In this document: positions 14,288 through 33,120 of the stretch, one piece after another | Layout of the letters: every line of letters starts with the position of its first letter | Position numbering within the stretch: position 1 is the stretch's first letter | NCBI RefSeq assembly: GCF_009914755.1 | Contig: NC_060932.1 | Length of the DNA stretch: 64,000 bases | From: the human T2T-CHM13v2.0 reference genome, Homo sapiens | Strand: one strand, 5' to 3' | Program-made: the position numbers and the translations under genes | The notes under the pieces: model-generated | What the model saw: only the letters and a program-made list of their open reading frames with translations | What the model was told of the DNA's origin: nothing | Database searches by the model: none

Positions 14288-14523
14288 GTCCAAGACCCAG
14301 GCACTGGCATCTGGTGAGGGCCTTTTTTGCTATGTCCTTACATGGCAGAAGGTGGAAGGGCAAGAGAGATGAACTACCTCCATCAAGCCATTTATAAAGG
14401 TCACTAACCCCATGCAGCAGGGAGGAGCCCTCATGACTTAATCACCTCTTAAAGACCCCACCTCTTGATGTTATCACATTGGAAACACCTGAATTATAGA
14501 GCTGACACATTCAAACCATAGCA
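14288..14523 (-). mobile_element. MST-type (MaLR) LTR fragment
   Basis: catctggtgagggcc...acatggcagaagg...ccctcatgacttaatcacctcttaaag...cattcaaaccatagca. Confidence 0.8.
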
Positions 14524-14961
14524 TTCATTCTTCCTTGTCTGTCTTCTTCAAGTGAGTCCTTGAATCCATCTTTAGACCATAGACATCAATGATGAAAAGA
14601 GTAGTCTATGACATCAGCTGAGCTACACCAGGCCTCTGCAAACTCATTTCCTCCCTGGCACCACACACTAGAAAACAGAATATTTGTTGTTTGTATAAAA
14701 CAATATACTGCATTGGCGTAAATCTCATTTTCAATATTTAAAGCTATTCTGGCTCTTGTGACACCCCGTGTCAGAATCCTGGGCATGGAATGCTAAGTGT
14801 GCACCAAGCCTTAAAGATCTGAAATGGTATTTTCCTCTTTTAATATTTTCCCACACACTTAAAGTTTATACTTAAATGGAAAGAAAATGACAAATATTCC
14901 ATCTCAAAAAATAACGCAGAGAATTCTAGTTTACAATGTCCTCTCTCAAAATTCTGTAATT

Positions 14962-15266
14962 TGTTTCATTATTATTATTTTTTTGAGATGGGGTCTTGCT
15001 CTGTGGCCCAGGCCACAAAGCAAGAGGGCAGTGGCGCTATCAAGACTCACTGCAGCCTCAAACTCTTGGGCTGAAGCGATCCTTCCACGTCAGCTCCCTG
15101 AGTAGCTAAGACTACAGGTGCCTGCCATCATGTCTGGCTAATTTTTACAGAGACAGATGCCTTGCTATGTTGTCCAAGCTGGTCTTGAACTCCTGGTCAC
15201 AAGCAATCCTCCCATTTTCGGCTCTCAAAGTGTTGGGATTACAGGTGTGAGCTACTACATCTGGCC
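14962..15266 (-). mobile_element. AluJ with 13-bp TSD
   Basis: J-type features (cactgcagcctcaaactcttgggctgaagcgatcc); TSD aaattctgtaatt at 14949-14961 and 15269-15281. Confidence 0.93.
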
Positions 15267-15683
15267 TGAAATTCTGTAATTAAAAACACAATTGGTGGTG
15301 TACATGAACTTGTTGCTTAGAAAACAACCAAATATGAAAGTTTGAAAAAAGTTTATAGAGAGCTATCCTCAATACTGCTTTAGCTGCTGTTCCTGAGTTA
15401 CGCATTAGTTCAAGTATACAACTGACTTTGGCTTTTGGAGGCAGTCCATGTGCTGTATCAGCCTCTTCAAGTCTGCCTCCATTCAGATTGCAATGCCCAG
15501 AAAAAGTTGGGATTGACAGTGGGCTGTGGAAATCTCTCAAATCTTTGTTTGTAAGTTATAGAGTCCCACAATAATATTATTAGCGGGAGTATAACATAGA
15601 CAAGTCCTGGAAGCAATGCATATTGGGGGACATATTTCATGTACTATTCACAATGTGAGATAACCAGCCCCTGATTTATATTA

Positions 15684-15832
15684 GAGGTCAGAAAAAGATA
15701 ACTAGTGGGCCAAATGTAGTTCCCTGTCTGTTTTTGTAAATAATGTCTTATTAAAGCACACCCATGCCCATTCATTTATACATTGCCTATGGCTGCTTTG
15801 TGCTGTAACACAGAGTTGAGTAGTTGCAAGAC
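15684..15832 (+). mobile_element. MER58A partial
   Basis: gggccaaat...tgtttttgtaaataa...cattgcctatggctgcttt...cagagttgagtagttgc. Confidence 0.8.
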
Positions 15833-16575
15833 ACATGGATGTGTATGCAAATAAAACACTGTAAAACAGCTTCCAGTTAAAGATATTGATAAGTACATGA
15901 GTTTATCTAAATTCCTGGTTGAAACTTCACTAAAATAAAAAAAATTGAAAGATCAATAAAGGTATAAATCCACAAAGACAAAATATAAGTGAAGATGATA
16001 GCAACCAAATTTGGTAAGCTGGAAAGAGGAGGACAAACAGGAACTGATATGATGGATCAGAGAAAACTGGAATCAAAGCAGCCATTGTAGAAAGAAGTAA
16101 CTCAACCTGCATCACAGAACCTCAGAAAAGCTCAGGAATTGGCATTCTCAGATATCTCTTGGGAAGATGGGCATGTGGTGAAGTAGAAGAATTGACATAA
16201 GCAATTTTGGAAAAGACATCTGACAACACCAAACATTTTCAAGATTTAAAGCGAAGGATCAAAAGAACATTATTTATTGTTAATGTCTTATTATACTTTT
16301 ATTTACAGGCATAGTCTTATGGATGTATAGCAAAGGAAAATTTCTTTTTTTTAAATTATACTTTAAGTTCTAGGGTACATGTGCACAATGTGCAGGTTTG
16401 ATACATAGGTATACATGTGCCATACATAGGTATACATGATGGGTGGTTTGCTGCACCCATCAACTCGTCATTTACATTAGGTATTTCTCCTAATGCTATC
16501 CCTCCCCGACCCCCTACCCCCCGACAGGCCCCGGTGTGTGATGTTCACCACCCTGTGTCCAAGTGTTCTCATTGT

Positions 16576-20397
<3,822 letters not shown>

Positions 20398-20799
20398 TAT
20401 GATGTTAGCTGGTTATTTTGCCTGTTAATTGATGCAGCTTCTTCATAGCATTGATGGTCTTTACAATTTGGCCCAGAGGGGCACCCACCTATATGAAGTG
20501 TCTGTCGGCCCCTACTGGGAAGTTTCTCCCAGTTATGCTACACAGGGCTCAGGGACCCACTTGAGGAAGTTGTCTGTCTCTTCTCAGAGCTCAAACACTG
20601 TACTGGGAGAACCACTGCTCTCTTCAGAGCTGTCAGACAGGGACGTTTAAGTCTGCAGAAGTTGTCTGCTGCCTCTTTTTCAGCTATGTCCTGCCCACAG
20701 AGATGGAGTCCATATATGCAGTAGGCCTTGCTGAGCTGCGATGGGCTCCACCCAGTTCAAGCTTCCCAGCCACTTTGTTTACCAACTCAAGCCTCAGCA

Positions 20800-21132
20800 A
20801 TGGCGGATGCCCCTCCCCTAGTCAGGCTGTCACCTTGCAGGTTGATCTCAGACTGCTGTGCTAGCAGTGAGCAAGGCTCTGTGGTCATGGAACCTGCCAA
20901 GGCAGGCACGGGAGAGAATCTCCTTGTCTGCCAGTTGCTAAGTCCTTGGGAAAAGCACAGTATTTGGGTGGGAGTGTCCCGTTTTTCCAGGTACAGTCTG
21001 TCACAGCTTCCCTTGGCTAGGAAAGGGAAATCCCTCGACTCCTTGTGCTTCCTGGGTGAGGTGATGCCCTGCCCTGCTTCAGCTCGCCCTCTGTGGGCTG
21101 CACACACTGTCCAACCAGTCCCAGTGAGATGA
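20800..21132 (+). CDS. ORF0: L1 ORF0-homologous antisense ORF (110 aa), expression unknown
   Basis: MADAPPLVRLSPCRLISDCCASSEQGSV... aligns to ORF0 MAGAPPPASLPPCSLISDCCASNQRDSV; open from the ATG at 20800. Confidence 0.45.
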   Translation: MADAPPLVRLSPCRLISDCCASSEQGSVVMEPAKAGTGENLLVCQLLSPWEKHSIWVGVSRFSRYSLSQLPLARKGKSLDSLCFLGEVMPCPASARPLWAAHTVQPVPVR

Positions 21133-21251
21133 ACCAGGTACCTTAGTTGGAAATGCAGAAATGACTCATCTTCTGCGTCGATCACGCTGAGAGCTGCAGA
21201 CTGGAGCTGTTCCTATTCGGCCATCTTGGAACGGACCACCAGAAAATTTCT

Positions 21252-21800
21252 GTACTGCCACTGGGAAAGTACATTGATAAAACTCCTTTGGAAATGACTC
21301 GTCCACATTGAGTAAAGGTGAACATGCATACACCTTGTGATCCAGAAATTCCATTTCTAAATATATAGCCTAGGAAAATTATAAAATATATACACCTGAA
21401 TGCATGAATAAAACTGTAGCAGTGCTGTTTGTAAAGAAACAAATAATAAATACAACCCAAATGTCTATCAATAGCAAAATGGATACATATATGATATACT
21501 AAAGTCTACAATGAATGAACAAGATTTATACATACAAATTTTTCTTAAAAACAATGTTGAATAAACAGTTCCATGTTTAAATAACAAGCAGACATTTCCT
21601 ATGACTTGGCCATATACACAGTAAAAGTATTAAATTTAGTCGTTTGAAATGGCCATTTTATAGGTAAAAATGGTTAAGTAGAAATTTCATAAATGGTTTC
21701 TTTTGGAGAGCAGGAATTAGGAACAAATGTGGGTAAGGAGCTGACATTATTTCTTACAAGCATTGTTGAAGTGGTTGATTTTTAAATTACATAAGTATAT
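21252..21800 (+). mobile_element. L1ME-type 3' fragment (host of the L1PA6/7 insertion)
   Basis: catacaccttgtgatccagaaattccatttcta...caacccaaatgtctatcaatagcaaaatgg. Confidence 0.6.
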
Positions 21801-24800
21801 TTGATAAGAAGTTTAAAAATCAGTTAAATATTATAAACTACTCATGAGCACATCATTCATTACTACTCACATGTTAAAGTTGATTCAATATTTATAAACA
21901 GAAAATGAAGCAAGTTTTAGATCATTGGTTGCCTTTATTTTGAATGTGGTTGACTGGTAAACAATACACATTGGAATGTTTCTTCCTGAGAGAAGTAGAG
22001 TGTCAGTTTGCTACAGAGTGTCAGTTTGCCCAGATATATTCACGTGATTCAGTCAGAAATCATCCTTTAGGCTTTTAATCATCTGTGCAACATGTTTCTC
22101 AGATCTTGGTGATTTTTAGTGAGAGTCTATCTATGACAGATAGCCAATTTCATGTTGTAGGGGACCTGAAATAAATCACTACCCTTGTTTCTGCCAGTTT
22201 TACAGTTCAACCTTTCAGATGTTGGAAGTAAATCTATTTCAATACAAAATTTTAACTTCCCTGCTTTGATTCTCAATCAAATATCTAATATTTACGTTTT
22301 ATAGTTCCTGTAAATTTCCTCATGATGATTCAATTATTCAAACAAGAAATTAATCCTCACAGTGCCATATTTCCTTATTGTGTGGCTAATTTTTACTCCT
22401 ACATAAAAAGAAGTGATGATCAGTTGGGATGGTTTAAAAACCGTTGTGAAAATGACACATACATTTGATGGCAAAGACTAAAAGTAGTGTGTAGAGTGTA
22501 TCAGGCTTAAAAGCCAGGAGAACTGGAAAGGCTACCGTTTCACCCATTCCTTCAACAAACATCTATTGAAATCCTTCTCTGTGCCTAATATTGCTGTAGC
22601 TGCTAAGGGAGGGGAATAAAATTTCAATTTTCATGGACCTTATAGTAAGTGTGTAGCATGTCACATGGAATAAAGTGTGGTATGACAAAGGCAGATGCTG
22701 TCTTACATTTTATTGACTTCTTAAGTGCATGTGAGTAAGTCCTATACCCTCTCCTTTCCCTTCTCCTTTTCTTCTTCCTTCTTCTTTGTCTTTTATTTCT
22801 TATTATTGGTTCAAATTATAAAAGCTGGATAATACAGAATTTCACTAGGCAACAAGGTATTACAAAGAGTTTGTACAAAAGAATATTAATGACAAAAGAC
22901 AGAGAAATCATCATTAATTTTAACTCTCCATGGTTGAAACCATATATAGTGCTATAAATTATTTGAAATTAGCAGTAGAGAAACTTCCTTATAACTCCAC
23001 ACTGCAGAAATCCAAAAGGAATCACTTTTGTTGCTGTAGCTAACTAATGTGAACTTTATGACAATAACATTCATTCTGAAACTGCTTCTCTCCTGATATC
23101 CACTCTAAATCTATTTTGGAGAAAGCAACATAAGCAAGGAAAGAGAAAAATATACAACCCATTCTGCAATAAGGACTATTCTTGGAAAGTACTTGTTTAC
23201 AGATCAAGCCAGACCTATAATTTTTCCAAGCTTCCTTGGAGCTCTGTTTTCCTGCCCCTTTCCCTGTTCTTGGCACCTGCTTTCTGTCAAGGGAAGCAGT
23301 TCCTGGCAGAGACCCTGGACTCCAGGGAGTTTGTGCAGTAATCACAGTTGCCATCACTGTGAGGCCAGGCACAAAAAAAGACACAGCTCCATCCCCGATC
23401 TTGACTTCTCATAGGTTGTGCCAGGAAATGTAGAACATTCAGTATCTTGCATAAGGTTCTGTAAATTCCAGTTCAGCAGGGCATTTTTAAGAAAGAAATC
23501 TGACCAAAGTTGTTCAGGAAAAAGCAAGTCAACTTTAAAAGCCACCAGTTCCATTTGTACTTGATAAAGCTCTTGTATTTCTTCACCATAGTTTCCCTAT
23601 ATTCCTGAAGAATTTATAACAGCCTCTGTGGAACTGCCCATTACATATATTATATATGATATATAAAGCGCTGTTGTATTAAAGATATAAAAGGAGACAA
23701 AGGATCAGAACATTACTAAGTGTAATGAGATTCAGTTAGGTAGAAGGGCCAAGAATGAAGAAGTTAAAGTAAGACAAGATGTCCTGAGAAGTAAAACTGG
23801 GGAATAATTTGGTTTTGATTGGAAACATTCTTTCATTTGGGGTATTAAAAATTGTTGAACAAAAGCCTGAGACTCAGTTTGTATCTCCTTATTCATAATA
23901 GCAACACCAAGGGGTGGATTTGGGGAATTCTTTATACCCTCAGTAATTTCCATCAATATCCCCAGCTGCCTCACACAGAAAGAAAAAAATTTATAGATAT
24001 ATATATGATTTTATATACTTTAATGTTATTTATATGTTTATATTATATAAATTATAAGTGTATAATATAGATCATATTCTATAAATTATACATGAAGCAG
24101 TTTTAGGGAACCTTATTAATATATCCCAAATAAAAACTGCACATGTATTTCAGAAGTCACTTAGCATTTTCTTCCAAGCAGATCGTTTTGTGTTTAACTT
24201 TTACAGAAATTCTGGAATATCTCTTGATTCAATGACAAAAGTTACAAAAAGTGTTCTTTCTAATTGCTAGGATGTATTTGCATTTTGCCATCATTGGAAA
24301 TATGCCCTTACCCAGAATTCATTCCAAAGTAAAGTCAGAGGTAAAAGCTTTTGTTCGTTGTTTTTCTTCTGAGCTATCAGAGTACTTACCATAAAAATCT
24401 CAAACTAAATGATGTAGTGCCATGTCTATTAGTAATCATGTGCCTGTCTTTTGCTTCCCTCCCTCTGAGTGTAGCATAAGGAAAATAGAAGTTCTCGGTG
24501 ATGCTGGCAGAGTGAATAGATTACATCCATGTTATTATGAGAGTCTGGTAGGTATCAGAGTTTAGGCTGAGATGTTTTTGTTTGCAATGGAGGTAACGAA
24601 TACTCCAACTGGGTTCTAATGCCATTGTGGCTAACATCAGAGAAGCTAGGCAAGTTGCCTAATTGAAATGTAACTGCCTCCTGGGCGAAATGAATGCCAA
24701 AAATAAAAGGGAAGAAATGAAGAAATGGCAAATGCTACAAGAGTGCTAAATACATTGTTCTGGGGAAATCTATGGCCACAGAAGCTTTTCCTGGATACAT

Positions 24801-27179
24801 GTTTTCCAAGGCTTTCTTAGGTTTGCGTCCAGAGTTCCTTGTAAGCCAGATGAGGACGGAGAACATTCAGGGCAAATGTCTCCTACTGTTTTACTATTCC
24901 CATATCTAATTTTTACAAAAAATGTAGCCAAAGCCTATATTATCCTGTAAATCTCTTTATTAGGTTCTATCACCTGCAATATGGAGATAGCTCTTTGGGA
25001 GAAGGGACTGTATATAAATAACAATTTTGCATCAGCCTAGAGGGTACCTTGCATCGTGCACATAGTATTTAATAAATGGTGTTGGGTGTTTATGCCACTG
25101 ATATATTTTTTTAAAACCAAGAGTAAAAGCAATAAGGATATGCCACATCTCTGTACTTAGGCTAATAGTCTGTCATGAAAAGAGCTTGTCAAGCCTAACT
25201 TTTAAAGGTAATAAAACCAAAATTGTAATTTTAAATGAGTTTTAATTTATAAATTACTAAAAAATTACTTAAGGTCACTTTTTAAAAATTCTGCCAAAAG
25301 GTCTCTGAAACATTTAATACTGGTACAAGGAAACTTAAATGTCAAAAGAAAAAAAAGTAGAGATGCCGCATGTACTACAAAGAATTTACAGATTCCACTG
25401 AGTGCTTATTTGTTGGTTCTACCAATTCTGAATAGAGAAATCACATAGTGACTCTCTGAGTGGTGGAAATGACTCTGTGAAGGGAGCCTTATCCTTATTT
25501 TATAAGTGATGCTACTCAGAAGTAAAGAGGCACACAAGTGAAGTTAAAATCTTATATACATACACACACATATATGCTTATGGGTAGAGTTGTTTCACTT
25601 ACCTTGTTTGCCTAAGGAACTGTTTATGCACTCTCCCTTGGAACCATCTATGTGACATTTAGATAACTAGACTATCCATGAAGAAAGAAAAATAATTTGG
25701 ATGTTAATAAAACTCTTCCATGAAGAACAAACCCTTTACCAGACAGGGGATGGCAGAGTCCTCCATCTGGAAACTTAAATACATCAGATAAAGGGCTCAG
25801 CTCTTTGATATCAAGCATAAGGAAAGGGTGTTATGTTTTACAGTTCACCGGAGGATTTAGCCTACCTCGATGAGAAGCTGAATAATCTCATATTTAACTG
25901 TGATCAAAATTATAAAAATGGAAAGGGATGGATAGTCATGGTCTCATTATTCTAGAACACAGCTAGACAGAATTGTGGGAGAAACATTAAGAATAGCAGA
26001 AAAGCTATGCTGTCTATTAGCATTCATCATATGGTATTTCCTTCTGACATTTCTAGTCTATGTTTCAAAGACATCGGTTCAGTCCTGCCCACATTGTGCT
26101 TGGGCTTTAACCCAGAGCCAGCTTCTGGTGCTTGCTCTTATTGGTGCTAAATTGACTCTGATATACTCTCTCATTAAGCCAGCCCTTATTTCATGACCAT
26201 GACCATTGGCCAAGAGAAATAGGGGAAAATATGACGTGTTTAGGGATTACACCAGATCTGTGTATCAATCTTCACAAATACCAGTAGTCCACTGAAACTC
26301 AGCCTACTCTTGTGATTTTCACGAAGTTGCCCTGGTGATAATGCATCTGAAGTCAGGGAGGATCAGAGTCCGGGGACTTGCAGTGCCCTCTGCAAGCTGC
26401 ATGCTCTTTATTGTGTGCCAGTTCTCAATTCCAGTCTGATGCCTGTTTTTTTCCATGTCTAACAACTTGCAAGTCTGGATGATATTGAAGAATAACTATT
26501 ATCACAACTCTGTTTTCTGTAATTCCGTGGTGGTGGAGTTTCATTTACTCTGAGTCCGGAGGGAAAAGACTTAAATAAATCCAGATATAGTTCACATTTC
26601 TATGAAGAAAATATACTTTATCCCCAGTACCTTTCTAGTTTTATCTAACGAATGATAAAGATTTTTCAGGAAAAAGTGAGGTCAATTTTAGAAATTAGAA
26701 TTAAGCCACCATCCCACCTACAAAGGACAATAATATTAATAGGCTTAAGAGGGAAAGCTATCAAAACCCAACATGGAGGGAATTCTGCCTTCCACCTGTA
26801 ATATGTGCCTGCCAAATAATAATCCCCTCATCCAGGCACCAGGAAACTCTGGTTTGGAAGATAGGAGGATGGGAGTTAAATTTTTCTTAGTTAAAACTAT
26901 GAAACAGTTTGTCTAAATTTCATGGCTACACTTAGAATCTCTAAGCCCAACTGGATCCTTTATCTTATTCTATCTCACTGGAGCCTTGCTTTCCAAGAAA
27001 GGGTTAAAACCTTCAAACATATGTTATTCATAATTAAAATACATTTAGTTTTTTTGGCTTGAGATAATTAGGTGTTTTTAACTGACTAATCATTCAATTG
27101 TCTCAGTCACATTGGAACTTTTCCTGACCAAACAATTGAAGATAAAGCCAAGCCACTATTTCAAACTCTCTCTTTCTTC

Positions 27180-27400
27180 TAATCCTTTTCCCTGCTATTT
27201 TTGATAATACTGTGCAAGATCATTAGATTTTATGCATTTACTTGATTTACTATCTGCCTTTCTTCAAAAGAATGCACGCTCCAGGAAGGAGTGTTTTTTT
27301 TTTTCTTTTGTGACCTGCTGTATCCACAGGATTTTGAAAAATGTCTATCAAATTGAGCCACTCATACATCTCTGTGGAATGAGTGAATGAATAAATGAAC
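27180..27400 (+). mobile_element. L2 3' end fragment
   Basis: Ends in gaatgagtgaatgaataaatgaa, the L2 tail. Confidence 0.55.
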
Positions 27401-28669
27401 CAGAAGGTAAAATCATTTAGATTACAAATATTCTCTCAGTAATGCCAGGATGTCAAGACCATACCTAGCAATAATATTGAGTGAACTGTTAAGTTTGTCC
27501 TACTTAGTCCCTGAAAACAACCACCTCAGCCAGGTAGTTAACTTCACCTAGAATGGGGAGGAAGACAGAGATGTTGGTGGGGAAGATTCCCGTAAATTTT
27601 GGCTACATTTTGAAACTTACATAGGGTGGAATCACATGGCAGAGCTGGACCACAGAACTATGGTTTTATTTTTATTTTTTCTTCTATTTCAATATAGATA
27701 ACAATAAGGTAATCAGACAAAGTACAGTGTACTGTTAAACAGTATATTGCCAAATATGCTGTACAATATATTGCTGTATATGCTGATAGGAAGAAATCCA
27801 ATGCGAAACTGTATCATTACTAAACAAATGCAAAATCCTGAGCCTGCTTGACAGGGACACTAATTCTTTTTTAAAAGATTAAGATCTATGGAAACATAGA
27901 TAATTAGAGCATCAAATTTATAAAGCACACATTCATTATGTTGTAGTTTTCCCCCTGAGTCTTTAGTCTAAATATAGATGTTGTCTTTTGGGCTGAATCA
28001 CAAATTACAAAGCCTTAGCCCAGGGAAGACAGCAGAGGCTGAGTGAAAGCACATCACAGCCTTGACATAGATGGAGCACTCTGCCTCTCTGCGCCAAGCC
28101 TTTGTCTTTTTACTTATCTTACCTGGTAGTATGCAGTCATCCTTCTTCTTCAAGTAACCAGCCACAATCAGTGTGACCACGTATGGTATGTTAAACAATT
28201 GTCTTATTTTACATGGACACTCTGAATACATACTAGCTTACCAGAGCCTCATGCCATTCCTAATCCAAGAATGTAGATGACAAAGTGTGTCTGTTGGGGC
28301 TTATACAGTGCTTTTTAATGACAATATAATTACCCAGACATGTCAAGTATTGATATATTAATCCCCAGCTTCCTCACTGTAATCCGAGAGAACTAGGCAG
28401 TCATGATAGCACTTAGCAAGGACCTACATGCATGGAGTTTTGTGCACCTACACACGGCATTCATACTACAGCAATGGGTGCTGTTGGTGATGCAGAAGAG
28501 TACAGAGGTCTGGTTATTTTAGCTAAACTTTCTTCCCCATCTCCAACTAGACTTCAGAATCAGGCTTCATCATTGCAATGTCCTGGGAAAACAAACCATG
28601 AGATGACTGTTGGTCATTCACTTCAGTCCATCTCTGGGTTCTTTACATTGTGAAGTACATGATGAATAG

Positions 28670-29200
28670 AATCATCACTTTCTTTCTTTGTTCAACACAC
28701 ATCTATCACCCATCAATTGAATAGATACTATGCTTAAGATACAAATACAGGAAATATCCTGATCTCTACCCATAAGTAGCTGACTAATGAATTGGGAGAA
28801 AAGATGTATAAATATATCCCTTAATTTTAAGGAAGAAAGGGGGGGAAAAGACAAACATATCCTTGCAATACAAAAGACTACAATGTAACAGATAATTAAA
28901 TATATCCTTATAGTGCAAGGCAATATGAGCAAGACAAGTGTTCTGGGTTAATGAGAGGGAACAACAAAGGCAATCTCATTCTCAAGGGAGAAATCAGTAA
29001 TATTTTTAAAAGGATTTGCTGTTAAACTACCTATAAGGATAAATGGTATCTTCATAGGCAGATTAGAGAGTAATACATTTCAAACTGCAAAACACACACA
29101 AAAGCACAATCAGGTAAAAGTTTGGCATGTTTGTGGGGGGTGGTTATTAGGTGAGGATGAGGAGAATGTCAGGAACTGAATTTGGTCTATCATAGCAGTA
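28670..29200 (-). mobile_element. L2 fragment
   Basis: ttctttgttcaacacacatctat... followed by purine-rich antisense L2 pattern. Confidence 0.45.
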
Positions 29201-29499
29201 GACCACACATGAAAAGAGTATCAGTTTTTCAAAAATGTTTAATGAGCACATACTCTACACCAGGCAGGGGATTTGTGCTTATCTGGTGCCCCACTATGTT
29301 TCACTTCTCTGTGGTAGACCTAACTTATGATACGATTATCATTTAAAAAGAAAAGATTAGCACAAAATAAAGGCACCAGTGATCACTATTTTCATTTAAT
29401 GACATTTGGAAAGTTTGGGCCAGTACAATCAGAGGAGGAAAAAAAGCGGGAAATGTGAGATAAACAATAGGGAGGAAAATATATTAGTCTGCACTTCAT

Positions 29500-31120
<1,621 letters not shown>

Positions 31121-31322
31121 GGGGCCCCCCAAATGGTAGTCATGTCCCCTGTTTCACTCCTGATTGTAGTAATTTGAGATTTTTTTTTTTTTTTTGTCAA
31201 TGTAGTTAATTGTTTGTCAGCTTTGTCCTTGGGTTGAGATCTAAGTATTTTGGTACCAGAGGAAATAATTGTTCTCCTCTCAAATAAAAGCTGATTCAGA
31301 AGCCTTGGTAAATATGCTTGGC

Positions 31323-31617
31323 ACAGTGTGTCTTAAACAGTGCTAGTTTTTAAATAAAGGACTAGTTTTAAGAAAATTTTGCCAAATATGTTGTGGATCA
31401 GTACTTCTGTAAAGTAAAATAAAAGTAAATGAGTAGACAAATGAAATGGAAAGCATTGGAAATACCACCAAGTCTTTCATTATTATATCCAACAGACATA
31501 GAACTACTCTGTGAAATTGTTGTAAAATTTTCTAAACATTTACTCTCAATTTTTTTTAACCTCATTGTGGACTAGTGCACACACAGGCCAGAAGCCAGCA
31601 CTTACAGTTGCACTGGT
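31323..31617. mobile_element. hAT-Charlie-type DNA transposon fragment
   Basis: cagtgtgtcttaaac... and ...cagcacttacagttgcactg ends resemble Charlie TIRs. Confidence 0.4.
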
Positions 31618-31929
31618 CTGGTAGCATTGCCATTTTTTTCTTTACAAATTCATATTTTTTCAATTATGTAATCAGAGCATAGATGAAATTGCCCTTTAGA
31701 CTAATGCAGAACACAAATTTTAAGAGAACTATCCTTTATCCCTTCTCTGGAGTAAGGGAAGAGTTGAAGGCTTTGTTTCCAAAACTGAATATAAGACAAT
31801 AATTAGAAAAAGAACTCGTTAAAAATAAAAAGTAGAGTTGGTGGCATTGTCAGTCTCATGAAAATAGTTTCAAATGTTTTACACTGAGCATATAATTAAA
31901 AGTTTATTGCCAATGATATTTTCTAATCA

Positions 31930-33120
31930 CCTCACACTATGGTTGACTTAAAGTCTTTTCTATAAATCCAGTGCTTGGACTTCGTCAAAAAATAGCTTCT
32001 CTCCATTTCTTTCTTTTTTTCTCCCCTGTGAATGGCCTGTATTTTCCTATTTCTACACCTTGCATTTTTTTGTTGTTGTTGTTGAAAACTAGACATGTTG
32101 AATATCATAATGAGGTAACTCCGTAAATAAGATTTTCCCTTCCTTCAGGTTTGCTGTTGTTGATTGAGGGCTGAAGTCATCTATTTGTTTAGTGACTTTT
32201 GCAAACTATTTTTGCAAAAGCTGTATTCTTTGTCATGCGCAGTCACTGAAGCCTCTGTTCTGTGACCTCAGATGTCAGCCGGTAACCCAACAGCTGAAAG
32301 AGATTTTCTTAAGTGCCTGGAGGAAAACAAAACCAACCAACCAATCAGCCAGCCAACCAAAAGAAATCTGTCTCCCTGTCTGCAGATTGCTTCTGACTTG
32401 TGGCACTTCTTCAACCCTAATCCAGGCTACATACACCTCTGCTTTATGCTTCACCTCCTGCTTGCATGGAACTCACAGACTAGCCAGAGGTGCAAGCTGA
32501 TGCTCTTCTCAGGTATTTTCTGAGCATACATCTGGCCCTATGTGCATTGCATTCTGGCTTCCCTGGTGTACATAGTAACCCTTCAAATACCTTATTCCCC
32601 CAAGAATTTTCCTCCTCAACCTCCTTCCCAGCCTGTTGAGTCTGTCTGATACTTGTCCAATCTGCCATTGTTTGCCCCAGGCAACTGTGGATGTTGCCAT
32701 GTTTGGAAAGCTGCTCCAGCTGCTCCAGAGGATAAACTTTCCTTTGTCCCATTCAGGCTATGCTAATCCTTCAGGGAATATCCAGAAAGGTCAAAATTTA
32801 CAACCAAAACTTTTGGAAAATAAGATCTACATTGCTCCCCTTCACCCCAGCAACTTTCACCAGTGATGTCAGCTGCTGTCCATCCAGCCACTCCTGAACT
32901 GGAGAATGATGGATGGTAGACAAGTAAGCAGAAATGCCACAGTGACACTCAGCAGTCTTTTTCTTTTTTTTTGTCTTTATTAAAAACTCACCTGTAAGTT
33001 TTTGTTTAGATTTAAGAGTTCGAGAAAAGTTGATTCTGTAAGATTTTCCAGCTTAATGGTTGGTTCAGTTAAGGCCCTGATTCTTCTAGTTTCCAACTCC
33101 ACCATTTTCTATGACATCAC
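31930..33120 (-). mobile_element. Old L1M 5' region, antisense
   Basis: gttgaaaactagacatgttgaatatcataatgaggtaactc...tctatttgtttagtgactttt...gtattctttgtcatg. Confidence 0.6.

Noticed and set aside
20455-20490. ORF1 deletion as a spliced L1 integrant (SpIRE)
   Set aside because: By recalled consensus the missing segment is not bounded by GT...AG and does not start at the known nt-97 donor
21997-22029. Short tandem duplications (also 16401-16438 and 41750-41792)
   Set aside because: 15-21-bp slippage duplications are common background
25845-25955. Protein-like frame SPEDLAYLDEKLNNLIFN after a tttacag acceptor
   Set aside because: No donor, stops after ~36 codons; at best resembles a decayed CR1/L3 RT motif
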